IMG/VR virus record: IMGVR_UViG_3300010049_000009 | Span: 224,001-288,000 of that record | From: a virus | Taxonomy: Duplodnaviria > Heunggongvirae > Uroviricota > Caudoviricetes | Length of the DNA stretch: 64,000 bases | Direction: 5' to 3' (one strand) | In this document: positions 48,801 to 58,680 of the stretch, piece after piece | Position numbering within the stretch: position 1 is the stretch's first letter | How the letters are laid out: every line of letters begins with the position of its first letter | The notes under the pieces: generated by a model | The model's database searches: none | The model's input: only the letters and a program-made list of their open reading frames with translations | Told to the model about the DNA's origin: nothing | Position numbers and translations under genes: made by a program

Positions 48801-49310
48801 GTGGATTACAGTAGTGGAATAATTTTGTATAGAAACAGAACCCCCAAAGAACGCGAATTTTTCTTGGTACACCCCGGCGGAGTATTCTATAGAACGGTTG
48901 AAAAAGGGGGTTTTTGGGGGTTTCCAAAAGGTAAAATAGAAAACTTTGATTGGTTCAGATTTCCTTATTCAATAACAGGAAAACCCGAAAGAGATGCTGC
49001 CCTATTTACAGCAATACGAGAATATCACGAAGAAACAGGTGATAAGAAAGATTTTAACCCCCTTCTCAATATTATAGAATATATGGGGCGTGTACTACAA
49101 AGAAAAAATAAAGTAGTATATGTGTTCGCAATGGAATGTACTTGGGAACTAAACGCCGAAGAATGTTATTCAAATACTATTGACGTTGTAGTTGATAATA
49201 AAAGTCATAAAATACCGGAAAATGACGGTTTCATGTGGGCAACATACGGTGAGTTAGAGAAACTTGTACATCCAAAACACCTTCATTTTTATCAGAAACT
49301 AGTGATATAA
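48801..49310 (+). CDS. Nudix hydrolase
   Basis: LVHPGG, WGFPKG...AIREYHEETG Nudix box with an insertion. Confidence 0.85.
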   Translation: MDYSSGIILYRNRTPKEREFFLVHPGGVFYRTVEKGGFWGFPKGKIENFDWFRFPYSITGKPERDAALFTAIREYHEETGDKKDFNPLLNIIEYMGRVLQRKNKVVYVFAMECTWELNAEECYSNTIDVVVDNKSHKIPENDGFMWATYGELEKLVHPKHLHFYQKLVI

Positions 49311-50563
49311 GTGTCACTATCACTTATTATATCTCTCTTTTTTTCTAAATCAGAGTGAAAATTATCTTGGTCAATCTTATACCTAATACCATCTATCATA
49401 GATTGTAATTCAATTTTACCTTGTCTTGTGTTAGCAAATATGTTTTGCATAAAAGTATTAAACTCATCAGTTGGTTTGGATACTATCATATAGAATATAT
49501 ATGGTATTATATCAGTATATTCTATATCACCAAGTTTTTCTTCCAATTTCATCCACATTCCCATTCCGAAACGTAAATCCCAATAAGCGGCATAACGAAA
49601 ATCCGCCTTTTTCAAAACATATTTCATTTTATCGGGGTCATTCGGTAATCCATTAACCGAAATCAAATCCAACATTGCTCTCACAGATTCATGAAGCAAC
49701 GCTATAAAGTTTTTACCCTTAACAGTAATAGAGGATTTACTATTACTTCTTACAGTAATATCAGACGTACTACCAAACGTTACATTATCTTCGTCAACCT
49801 TATTAGCGTTTGACATAAAATTAACATATTCGTTTAATAATATGATGCGCTTATATAACCCTAATAATTTATCATTCAATAGGAATATATCCTTTATATA
49901 AAATTCGTACAAATGAATGAAATGATTAGAAATACCCTGCATTAAACAATTTACTATACGCCTTTTATAAACATCATCATTAATACCCTTAAAGTCGTCA
50001 ATACCTTCAAACTCAATATCGTCAGTTGCTTCGGGTAGTAATGACATTTTAATATCATCTGCTGTTATTTTATCTACCATTTCGATAGTAAGATCAACAT
50101 CTTCTTTTGATACACCAAACACCTTTTTGATTATGTTCATTACCAACACCTCCAACTGTGCTTTTATTGGTTTTTCAATTTCTTGACACTCTTTTAGAAG
50201 TTTAGATAGTTCATTTTTACATTCATTTACATTATCCATATCTAAATCCGGGTACATACCACTTAAATCGGAAGTTATGACTCTAAATGGATATAATAAT
50301 AACTTTTCTTCAAACTTAACTTCATCCTCCGGTGGAAACGCTGGGTTATCACCCAAAGAGGTTTTACCCGCTAATATTTGTTTTACCATTTCTTTCGGTA
50401 ACGATTCTGCGGGTGTGTGTAAATTTCCGATCTTGAAAAAATCCCAACCTTTTCCTTGTGCGTACATATCTACTGCTTGTACAACATAATCAGGTGGGTT
50501 ATCTTCATTTAACAAAGATAACATTTTTGCTTGCCTTTCGGATATAATTATTTTTTTTGGCAT
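49292..50563 (-). CDS. Hypothetical protein with KKIIISERQ leader; putative internal head protein
   Basis: MPKKIIISERQAKMLSLLNE; KRRIVNCLMQG and LLHE motifs. Confidence 0.75.
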   Translation of the reverse strand: MPKKIIISERQAKMLSLLNEDNPPDYVVQAVDMYAQGKGWDFFKIGNLHTPAESLPKEMVKQILAGKTSLGDNPAFPPEDEVKFEEKLLLYPFRVITSDLSGMYPDLDMDNVNECKNELSKLLKECQEIEKPIKAQLEVLVMNIIKKVFGVSKEDVDLTIEMVDKITADDIKMSLLPEATDDIEFEGIDDFKGINDDVYKRRIVNCLMQGISNHFIHLYEFYIKDIFLLNDKLLGLYKRIILLNEYVNFMSNANKVDEDNVTFGSTSDITVRSNSKSSITVKGKNFIALLHESVRAMLDLISVNGLPNDPDKMKYVLKKADFRYAAYWDLRFGMGMWMKLEEKLGDIEYTDIIPYIFYMIVSKPTDEFNTFMQNIFANTRQGKIELQSMIDGIRYKIDQDNFHSDLEKKRDIISDSDTYITSF

Positions 50564-50575
50564 AGTGCAAATATA

Positions 50576-50890
50576 TTATTTTTTACTGAATAATTTGGAT
50601 AAAAATGATTTGGGTTCTTCAAGGTCTGCTCTTGGATATGGGTTTCGTTCTTCCCATTCCAATTGTTCAGGTGTCTTTACATATCCTTTATTTGTAATTG
50701 GTGTTTTACCAACAGCCTTTTCTCTGTCTTTCCACCACTTGTTGCGGGCTTTTCTCTGTCTTTCTTCTGCGGCATATTTCTTTTCCATTTCTTTTTTACC
50801 CAAATTACGATAGGTTGAGTAAGCACCACCCAACAAACTTTCAACTAATATTTGCAACTGACCTTCGGATATGATAATTTTTTTACCCAT
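50576..50890 (-). CDS. Small basic protein with KKIIISEGQ leader
   Basis: MGKKIIISEGQLQILVE. Confidence 0.7.
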   Translation of the reverse strand: MGKKIIISEGQLQILVESLLGGAYSTYRNLGKKEMEKKYAAEERQRKARNKWWKDREKAVGKTPITNKGYVKTPEQLEWEERNPYPRADLEEPKSFLSKLFSKK

Positions 50891-50896
50891 TGTGTT

Positions 50897-52243
50897 TTAC
50901 TTTTTAAATTCGTCAAGTAAGTCTTGTTTTGTTACTATTTTATAGTACTCAATACCTTCTTTAACAAAGTAATCGTTCAATCTTTGGTCTTCAGCAACCT
51001 CTTCGCTTTTGTCAACTATCAATTCTTTTTTAGCGGCGTTCTTTATCACGAGATTTTTGTCTTTTGGCGCATTTTCACTCAATCTTAATAGAGATAACAT
51101 TTGCGCTTGTCTTTCAGAAATAATAATAGTTCTACCCATGGTTTTATGTTCTAATTTAGGTTTTATTTTCTTTGGTTTTGGTATAATTCGAGCGGCGATC
51201 AAAATATTTTTAATTTCATCCATTCCTTCGCCATCAACTAATTTTGCTAATATGGTTCCAAGTTTAGGTGCAAACTTACCCTTTACTCTTTTCTGTTCAA
51301 GTGGATCAACTTCTTGTCCTTCCGCCTCAATTGCTGTGTGTACAAGACCACTATCTTTGATTAACACTGCGTATAATATTAGTAAATTAACAGGAATATA
51401 ATCTTTAGGATCGGTATCGTCACCCCTATTTTTTATCTTGGTTTTAGTATCACTTTGTTTTGCTAATGAATTAACAATCTCTTTTTTAATACCCAAATCA
51501 GGACTACCCCCGTCAAGAATTTTGTTTATTTCTTTCTTCAACAATGCCCCAATAAAGTTTTGGTTTTCGGGTAATCCCATCATATTTCCTATTGCTTCCG
51601 CTTTAGAATCTATACCCGACATTTTATTGTGATAATTCACAAGATTTGGGTCCATTGTTCTTTCAAGTTTTTTCTTTTTGTTTAAACCCTTATCCATAGC
51701 GGTAGTGGATAACAACGTATCAAACTCCCTCAACCTTATTTTCATATCTTCGGGTAGTGGTGAACGTCTTGCTAAAGCATTTTTCAATATAACTCCAAGT
51801 CCACCCAACGCTTGCTGTGTAAGAAAATCGGGGTCTTGATAAACTTCTTCAATAATATCAAAATCCTTATCGGTAAATGGAACATTTGCTGCAAGATCAA
51901 ATATATCTTTTTGTAAATACACCGTTCTTAACCAATTATTGTCTTTCACACCTTTTGTAAACACATCTACCCAAGTGTGGTAACGTTGTGCTGTTGAAGT
52001 TTTATATTCATTCAAAGTTGAAGCGTTATCCCTTTCACGCCAAGCATATAGTGTTGTTGAAGTATTTGGTTGCCCTGAAACTGTTATGTTATTATCATCA
52101 CCCAATGTTTCAACCGCATTATCAACTTGGGTTTTTACATCTTCGTCTTTATCTTTGTCAATCACAATTTCTACCTTTCCCTTGTCATCCTCATTCAACG
52201 TAATTTCTTTGAGTTCACCAATTATTTTCGGTATAATTTTCAT
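50897..52243 (-). CDS. Hypothetical protein with LNE sites and an internal leader copy
   Basis: ITLNE, TLNE; internal MGRTIIISERQAQMLSLL at in-frame ATG 51139. Confidence 0.75.
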   Translation of the reverse strand: MKIIPKIIGELKEITLNEDDKGKVEIVIDKDKDEDVKTQVDNAVETLGDDNNITVSGQPNTSTTLYAWRERDNASTLNEYKTSTAQRYHTWVDVFTKGVKDNNWLRTVYLQKDIFDLAANVPFTDKDFDIIEEVYQDPDFLTQQALGGLGVILKNALARRSPLPEDMKIRLREFDTLLSTTAMDKGLNKKKKLERTMDPNLVNYHNKMSGIDSKAEAIGNMMGLPENQNFIGALLKKEINKILDGGSPDLGIKKEIVNSLAKQSDTKTKIKNRGDDTDPKDYIPVNLLILYAVLIKDSGLVHTAIEAEGQEVDPLEQKRVKGKFAPKLGTILAKLVDGEGMDEIKNILIAARIIPKPKKIKPKLEHKTMGRTIIISERQAQMLSLLRLSENAPKDKNLVIKNAAKKELIVDKSEEVAEDQRLNDYFVKEGIEYYKIVTKQDLLDEFKK

Positions 52244-52258
52244 GTTAATTTATTTTTA

Positions 52259-52284
52259 TATAAATAGCATTGAAACTATTTATA
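52259..52284. promoter_or_regulatory. Back-to-back divergent CTATTTAT promoters
   Basis: ATAAATAG-cattgaaa-CTATTTAT between divergent genes 52243(-) and 52303(+). Confidence 0.65.
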
Positions 52285-52302
52285 ATAAAATAAATATTGT
52301 CA

Positions 52303-53457
52303 ATGATAACGAATGAACAGAAAAGTCTTTTTGAGTATGTGAGAATGAACATGGGTGCGCCCCTAGTCATTGTCCCCATTACAGACGACCAACTCTGTGT
52401 TCTTATGGATTTCTGTGTTAATGAATACCAAAAACACATGAATCAGTTTTTGATAACCCAAAACTTTGCGCAAGTATATGGTAAGAATATTCTGAATGAA
52501 AATGATTTAGCATGGAAACTAACATTCCGAAACTTTGATTATGCAAAACAATTCAGTTATTTCTTTTCAAAGGAAAAGGGGTTACAAGCACAAGGACCAT
52601 ACGAACTAAAAAAGGATTACTTTTTGGTGGAAAAGGGTAAACAGAGTTATGTGATACCGGCTGGTAGGGCGATCAATAGTGTATTATATGTAACACCAAA
52701 CACAACAGACCCAGCATTAATGAGTGGAGTAGGTGGTTTTGGTGGTGCAGAAGGACAAATATCGGGTTTTGGTGGTATTGGTGCAGGTGCTTATGGTATA
52801 AGTGGTTCATTCGGTATGCCCGGAATGGGTGCTTCTACATACAGTGGTGCGGGTGTTGGTGGTGCTTTTATGATGCCAGCCTATGATTTCACCCTTTTGG
52901 CAGCAGATATGAATATGAAACAAAAATTAACCGGAAGAGAATTGGTGTATAAAATTACAGCAATGGAAAGTGGTGAACATATTATCCACATTTACGGTGA
53001 TAAATTTTGGCAAAGCCCCCATTTCTTCGGTAGGGGAAGACAATGTGCTGTGTGGTACACTTATTATGATAGTACTGATCCGGATGAGTGTGCGAGAGTA
53101 AATTCCGAAGTTATGTTGTCACCCGATCAATATCCCATATCTTCAAGAAAATATGAATTTATGAACGCCAACGCCAAACAAACCATTCAAGCATTGTTAG
53201 CAGCAAAAGCAAAACAAGTGGTTGGTTATACAAAAGGTTATGCAAGTGGTGAAATAAAGATTGATGACGCAGTAATGAAATTAGATTACACTATGTTTAT
53301 CAATGACGGAAAAGCGGAATGGGAAAAAGAAATACAAGCGTTGGATACTTGGTTAGAAACTCTATTACCACACCACTTGTTAGCTAAACAAAAAGAAATG
53401 ATTGAAAGTATGCGCGCAATTATGAGTGGTACACCATTGCAAATATATGTGTATTAA
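52303..53457 (+). CDS. Putative neck/head-tail adaptor protein (T4 gp13-like)
   Basis: MGAPLVIVPITDDQL N-terminus and helical C-terminus ending PLQIYVY; Gly-rich insertion. Confidence 0.6.
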   Translation: MITNEQKSLFEYVRMNMGAPLVIVPITDDQLCVLMDFCVNEYQKHMNQFLITQNFAQVYGKNILNENDLAWKLTFRNFDYAKQFSYFFSKEKGLQAQGPYELKKDYFLVEKGKQSYVIPAGRAINSVLYVTPNTTDPALMSGVGGFGGAEGQISGFGGIGAGAYGISGSFGMPGMGASTYSGAGVGGAFMMPAYDFTLLAADMNMKQKLTGRELVYKITAMESGEHIIHIYGDKFWQSPHFFGRGRQCAVWYTYYDSTDPDECARVNSEVMLSPDQYPISSRKYEFMNANAKQTIQALLAAKAKQVVGYTKGYASGEIKIDDAVMKLDYTMFINDGKAEWEKEIQALDTWLETLLPHHLLAKQKEMIESMRAIMSGTPLQIYVY

Positions 53458-53481
53458 TAAAAATAATGTAAATTAGAAATT

Positions 53482-55188
53482 ATGTTAAAGATAAAAACAT
53501 TCGCAAATAAATCGTCAACCATAGTATTCGATAGCAATAATAACTTCGGAGCCAATCCGATTCTATCCGCTTTCTATGGTCGTGGTGGGTTTAGTCGCAT
53601 ATTAATACAATTCAAACTTGATTATATTCGCCAATTTGTACAAGATAAAACCTTTCCCGATTTATGTAAAATGAAACACACGTTGAAAATGTGGAATTGT
53701 GGAAATATGGATTTCCGCAGTTATACTTCCCCATGTCCAACGATTAACTTACAAACAGCAGCCCGCGCACAAAGTTTTGAACTTATTATGTTCAAAATTC
53801 CACAATATTGGGATAACGGTCGAGGATATGATGCCGATAACATTAACCATGTCAGCACAACATTATGTGGAACCAACCTATTCGACCAACATATCAGTTG
53901 TGACGGTGTAACTTGGCATCAAGCAAGAACAGAATGGCAATGGGGTGTGGGTATTTTGGGGCACTATGACCACCTTTTATTCAAACCGGAACGAGAATAT
54001 TTTAGATTAGACGAAGAAAATAGAAGTAGTAATTTAGACGAATTAAATCTTATTCAACTTAATTATATTTACGATAAATACGGAAACGTTTTATACCCAA
54101 TAGAAGAATCATTTCCTTACGAAGGAGTTTCAAAAGGAATTTATTCAGAAAAATTTCTTGAAGAACAATATTTTAGATTTAATAATAACCAATCAAGTGT
54201 TATTTTAAGGTCAAAACATTTTGAATATGGTAACGAAAACCTTACGTGGGACATATCAGACATAATTACCGATTGGTTAATTAGAGAAAACCCATATAAT
54301 TTAGTAAATCACGGATTCGCAATATGTTTTGCACCCGAATATAATAAAATAATGTGTGATATTCCACAGTGTATCAACTTCTTCGGACATAATTGTAGTA
54401 ATTTCTTTGAACCCTATATTGAAACCTCTTATGAGGATACCATTTTAGATGATAGACAAAATTTTCATTTAGATATTCCGAATAGACTTTACTTTTATTT
54501 TAATCGTATGGGTCATGGTATTAATTTGAATTGGAAAAAGTCTGAAAAACCTGTGTGTACAATAACAGGAACATTGGAAGATGGTAGTGAATATGTGGAA
54601 ACACCCGAAGTTCACCAAGCAACAAAGGGGGTTTATTATGTGGATGTTGAATTATCAGAAGGTGATACAAGTGCCAATCGTATGTTTTATGACGAATGGT
54701 CCAATCTTTCATATTACGATTGTAAGAAAGATAAAAACATAAATGTCGCAGATAAAACATTAGAATTTACCACAAGAGACCCTGACGAATTATATTCATA
54801 CGGTGATAATGATTCTATGCCGAAAAAATATTCGGTAACTTGTAGTGGGATAAGTTATAATGAAAAGGTAAGAAGAGATGATGGTATTCGCAAACTTATG
54901 TTTGAATTTGCGTTACAATACACATATAATCAAGTAGCACTTATTGACGAAGCAAAGTGTATGCTTTTTATAAAAGACGGATATAACAAAATTATTGATG
55001 TGTGGGAAGATTGGCAACCAATCAACCGAACATTCAATTCAAATTATATTCTATTTGATTGTCAATCTTATCTTCCAAACAAATATTATTTAGATGTTAT
55101 TACGACCTCGAATGGTGAGGTAAAACGACACGTAGAGGTTTTAAGTTTTGATATTATTTCAAATGAAACGGGAGGGCATTATGTATAA
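53482..55188 (+). CDS. Putative virion structural protein
   Basis: FSRILIQF and WDNGRGYD beta-rich pattern; follows the neck-like gene. Confidence 0.55.
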   Translation: MLKIKTFANKSSTIVFDSNNNFGANPILSAFYGRGGFSRILIQFKLDYIRQFVQDKTFPDLCKMKHTLKMWNCGNMDFRSYTSPCPTINLQTAARAQSFELIMFKIPQYWDNGRGYDADNINHVSTTLCGTNLFDQHISCDGVTWHQARTEWQWGVGILGHYDHLLFKPEREYFRLDEENRSSNLDELNLIQLNYIYDKYGNVLYPIEESFPYEGVSKGIYSEKFLEEQYFRFNNNQSSVILRSKHFEYGNENLTWDISDIITDWLIRENPYNLVNHGFAICFAPEYNKIMCDIPQCINFFGHNCSNFFEPYIETSYEDTILDDRQNFHLDIPNRLYFYFNRMGHGINLNWKKSEKPVCTITGTLEDGSEYVETPEVHQATKGVYYVDVELSEGDTSANRMFYDEWSNLSYYDCKKDKNINVADKTLEFTTRDPDELYSYGDNDSMPKKYSVTCSGISYNEKVRRDDGIRKLMFEFALQYTYNQVALIDEAKCMLFIKDGYNKIIDVWEDWQPINRTFNSNYILFDCQSYLPNKYYLDVITTSNGEVKRHVEVLSFDIISNETGGHYV

Positions 55189-55585
55189 TGGCACTGATTA
55201 TCTAAAACGATTTAACGAATTATCTGCTTACAACCGCCAAAGAGGTGTAATAAAAGAAGAGCGGAATCAGTTGGATATGGTAAAAAAAATTGTGAAATTT
55301 TTAAATGATAATTATACTCCCGGTGAAACCACCACAGTAACTATTGATGGACGCGTTACCAAAAAAAAGGTTATCGGTATACGAGCAAATGATAGTAAAA
55401 ACATAAATTTAATGGTTGCACAAATCTCACCATTAGATGTTTTCTTTCGTGTTGAAGAAGAATTTAAAGGTGATATTGAAAAATCCAAAAAGCGGGATAT
55501 ATTTTTGAAGAACGTGATAATTGATTGGTTCAATGGGTTCGATGGTTTAAAAAATGGTATCCTTTCAAAAAATTTATCATACTAA
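55181..55585 (+). CDS. Hypothetical protein with YLKRFNELSAY...IKE leader
   Basis: Coupled to the upstream gene. Confidence 0.65.
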   Translation: MYNGTDYLKRFNELSAYNRQRGVIKEERNQLDMVKKIVKFLNDNYTPGETTTVTIDGRVTKKKVIGIRANDSKNINLMVAQISPLDVFFRVEEEFKGDIEKSKKRDIFLKNVIIDWFNGFDGLKNGILSKNLSY

Positions 55586-55663
55586 ATGGTAATTCCTGTT
55601 GTTTTATTGCAACAAAAACAGTTTTTTTGTAGAAAATAATAATAATAATTTAATTGTTATATA

Positions 55664-58378
55664 ATGGATAATAATGAAATGGTAACTCCTCATGTAAATG
55701 AAAATGTGAGTGTTCTTGAGGAAACGATAAAGTACTTCAATGGTGATAAAAATGTCGCAAACATTTTTTCAGAAAAATACTCCTTTAATAAATCTGAAAC
55801 ACCACGTCAAGTCTATTTAAGAGAAGCAAATGAACTCGCTAAAATCGAATATAGATATGAAAAAAACATAACAAAAGAAATATGGGATAAATTAACCCCA
55901 TACGGCAAACACCGATATCGTTATATAGGTGATAACGATAATACTGATCGTAAGGAAATGTGGAGTAAAATTTTTGATCTATTATATGGTCAAGAAATTT
56001 GTTCGGGTGGTTCAGTGACTTCAACAGTAGGAACCGGCGAATTATCTTCTATATCCAACTGTACGGTTATAGAATCACCACACGATTCCCTTATTGGTCT
56101 CAATAGAAGTGCAATGGAAATGCAACTTTTAGCAAAAAGACGTTGTGGTGTTGGTATGGATATATCAACTATCAGACCCGAAGGTGCGATTGTTAATAAT
56201 CAATCAAAAATATCGGCGGGTGTTGTATTATGGATGAATAAATATTCCAACGCAATTAATGAAGTAGCGCAAAGTAATAGACGTGGTGCTCTATTATTGT
56301 CAATACATTGTATGCACCCCGACGTATTATCATTTATTCTTGCAAAGAAAGATTTGACAAAAGTAACCGGTGCTAACATCAGTGTCAAGTGGACAGACGA
56401 ATTTTGGGCGGCGTTAGATAATAATGGTGATTGGATTACCACATTTCCCGTTGAAATTCCAATAACAGATCAAATAATTGAAGCAGTAAAAGACGTAGAT
56501 TATAATGTACTCACCTCTATTGGAAACGAAATATACGTCAAAAAACTCAAAGCACGAGATTTGTGGAACACATTTATAAAATGTTCATGGCAAAGTGGTG
56601 AACCGGGTGGTTTCTTATGGTCAAAGATTATTGATTTTAGTCCAAATAGTGTTTATAAAACCTTACGTGCTATAACAACCAATCCGTGCGGCGAAATAGA
56701 TCTAGCTGCCAATGATTCTTGTCGTCTTATACACAAAAATTTGACAAAATGTGTGGAGTATCCATATGTAAGAGACCGACAAAAATTAAATGAAAATAAA
56801 TTATACAGACTTGCTTACGAAAACGTGTGTCTAGGGGATAATATTGTGGATTTGGAAGTAGATGCAATTGACAGAATATTAAATTCTATTGATCCATTCT
56901 ATATGAAAACACATCTTTGGGATGATAGTGATTTGGAAAATGATATTAAATCATATAAATTACATTGTATTCATAGTGATAAAGAAATAAATGACGAATT
57001 TATTCTATGGTTGAAATTCCGTGATAAGGGGTTACAAGGTAGGCGTTGTGGTTGTGGATTACTCGGTTGGGGTGATATGTACGCTATGTTGGGTGTTCCC
57101 TATGGTGACGAAGAAACCACCAAAAAAGTAATGCGAATAGTTTTCAAAGCAGAACTCGATGCGCAATATGATTTGGCAATCATACGAGGACCATTCCCAT
57201 TGTGGGATAGAAATTTGGAATTTGGTTTTACAGACGGTCAATTAGTTGGTAAAAATGATTTCTACCAATGGATGTTGGAAGAGTTTCCCAAAGAAACCGA
57301 AAGAATGTTTATGAATGGTAGACGTAATTCTTCGTGGAGTACGGTAGCACCAACAGGCACAAAGGGGTTAATAGCACAGGTTACAAGTGGTATAGAACCA
57401 ATATTTCAACCTTATTACATAAGAAGAAAGAAGGTTTATTCAGACCAAGCACATGATTTTGTTGATAAAGACGGGCAAAAATTCACAAGTTATGTCATAG
57501 TTCACCACGGATTAGAACAATGGTTAAAAGATGGTAATTTCAGTTATCACAAATTAACCGAAAACTGTAAAGAAGAGGATTGGAAGGAAATCTATAAATC
57601 ATCCCCTTACTATTTACAATCTTCACATGATCTAAACACCGAAACACGTGTTAAAACACAGGGAATGATACAACAATATATAACAGAAAGTATTAGTTCT
57701 ACTGTGAATTTGAAGAAAACCGCAACCATAAAAGACGTAGAAGATTGTTATATAATGGCACGAAAATATGGTTTGAAGGGTATAACAGTATATCGTGATG
57801 GTTGTAGAGCAGGAATATTGGTTACAAAGAATGATAGTTGCGAAGAATTTATTGAAAGATCGGCTCCTAAACGACCAAAAGTACTACCTGCCGACCTATA
57901 TAAGGTCAAATATAAAGGTAAAACTTGGATAGTAACCGTTGGTTTATACTGTGATAGACCATACGAACTGTTCGTTTTTGAACCCGATTTAGAAACAGTT
58001 GAATTATATGTTCCGAGTTATGGTAAAATAAATGACCACAAAGGTATTATTACCAAAGTATCGAAAGGATGTTATGAATTTAAGTCAGATTTGATTAGAA
58101 TACCCGATATGGAAAAATATAATTCGGTTGAAGAAAAAGCACACGTGTATAGAACCTCGTTGGAATTGCGACACGGAACACCATTAAAATATCTTATTAA
58201 TGTTATTAAGAGATATGATGATAATGTAACTTCGTTCAGTTCTTTGACAGGAAAAATACTTTCAAAGTATATCAAAGAACCCGAAAACTTGGATGAAAAA
58301 TGTCCACAGTGTGGGGAAACACAATTAATTAGAGAAATTGGTTGTGTAAGTTGTACCTGCGGTTGGAGTAAATGTTAA
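55664..58378 (+). CDS. nrdJ: Class II (adenosylcobalamin-dependent) ribonucleotide reductase
   Basis: SNC, RRGA, GEPG, TNPCGE, TVAPTGT, SGIEP, KGITVYRDG, C-terminal zinc ribbon CPQCG...CGWSKC; no beta subunit adjacent. Confidence 0.9.
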   Translation: MDNNEMVTPHVNENVSVLEETIKYFNGDKNVANIFSEKYSFNKSETPRQVYLREANELAKIEYRYEKNITKEIWDKLTPYGKHRYRYIGDNDNTDRKEMWSKIFDLLYGQEICSGGSVTSTVGTGELSSISNCTVIESPHDSLIGLNRSAMEMQLLAKRRCGVGMDISTIRPEGAIVNNQSKISAGVVLWMNKYSNAINEVAQSNRRGALLLSIHCMHPDVLSFILAKKDLTKVTGANISVKWTDEFWAALDNNGDWITTFPVEIPITDQIIEAVKDVDYNVLTSIGNEIYVKKLKARDLWNTFIKCSWQSGEPGGFLWSKIIDFSPNSVYKTLRAITTNPCGEIDLAANDSCRLIHKNLTKCVEYPYVRDRQKLNENKLYRLAYENVCLGDNIVDLEVDAIDRILNSIDPFYMKTHLWDDSDLENDIKSYKLHCIHSDKEINDEFILWLKFRDKGLQGRRCGCGLLGWGDMYAMLGVPYGDEETTKKVMRIVFKAELDAQYDLAIIRGPFPLWDRNLEFGFTDGQLVGKNDFYQWMLEEFPKETERMFMNGRRNSSWSTVAPTGTKGLIAQVTSGIEPIFQPYYIRRKKVYSDQAHDFVDKDGQKFTSYVIVHHGLEQWLKDGNFSYHKLTENCKEEDWKEIYKSSPYYLQSSHDLNTETRVKTQGMIQQYITESISSTVNLKKTATIKDVEDCYIMARKYGLKGITVYRDGCRAGILVTKNDSCEEFIERSAPKRPKVLPADLYKVKYKGKTWIVTVGLYCDRPYELFVFEPDLETVELYVPSYGKINDHKGIITKVSKGCYEFKSDLIRIPDMEKYNSVEEKAHVYRTSLELRHGTPLKYLINVIKRYDDNVTSFSSLTGKILSKYIKEPENLDEKCPQCGETQLIREIGCVSCTCGWSKC

Positions 58379-58404
58379 GAAATAAATTTAATAAAAATAG
58401 TAAA

Positions 58405-58623
58405 ATGAAAATAGAAACAGGATTATCCCTTACGTCACTTTTGTTCATAGTATTTGTGGTACTAAAATTGACAAATCACATTGATTGGAGTTGGTGGTGG
58501 ATAACAGCACCACTTTGGGGTCCATTTGGTTTAGTGGTTGGTGGTATAGTACTAATTGGTCTTGGAGTTGGATTAGTTCAACTAATTAGAGCGTTAGTTG
58601 CTATATTCATGAAAAAGAAATGA
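58405..58623 (+). CDS. Small membrane protein (LKL...IDWSWWWI.APLW family)
   Basis: Motif widespread in phages. Confidence 0.75.
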   Translation: MKIETGLSLTSLLFIVFVVLKLTNHIDWSWWWITAPLWGPFGLVVGGIVLIGLGVGLVQLIRALVAIFMKKK

Positions 58624-58625
58624 GG

Positions 58626-58652
58626 ATCGGATTAATTTATTGTTTTTATATT
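58626..58652 (+). promoter_or_regulatory. ATCGGATTA-N12-TATATT promoter upstream of helicase
   Basis: Exact motif and spacing. Confidence 0.72.
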
Positions 58653-58680
58653 ATAGAAAACATAAACAAATTAATATAAT

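Noticed and set aside
52720-52870. Gly-rich stretch as collagen-like or separate repeat element
   Set aside because: Not a Gly-X-Y period; a low-complexity insertion within the neck-like protein.
55596-55630. Terminator before nrdJ
   Set aside because: Stem is weak and imperfect; not enough support to call.
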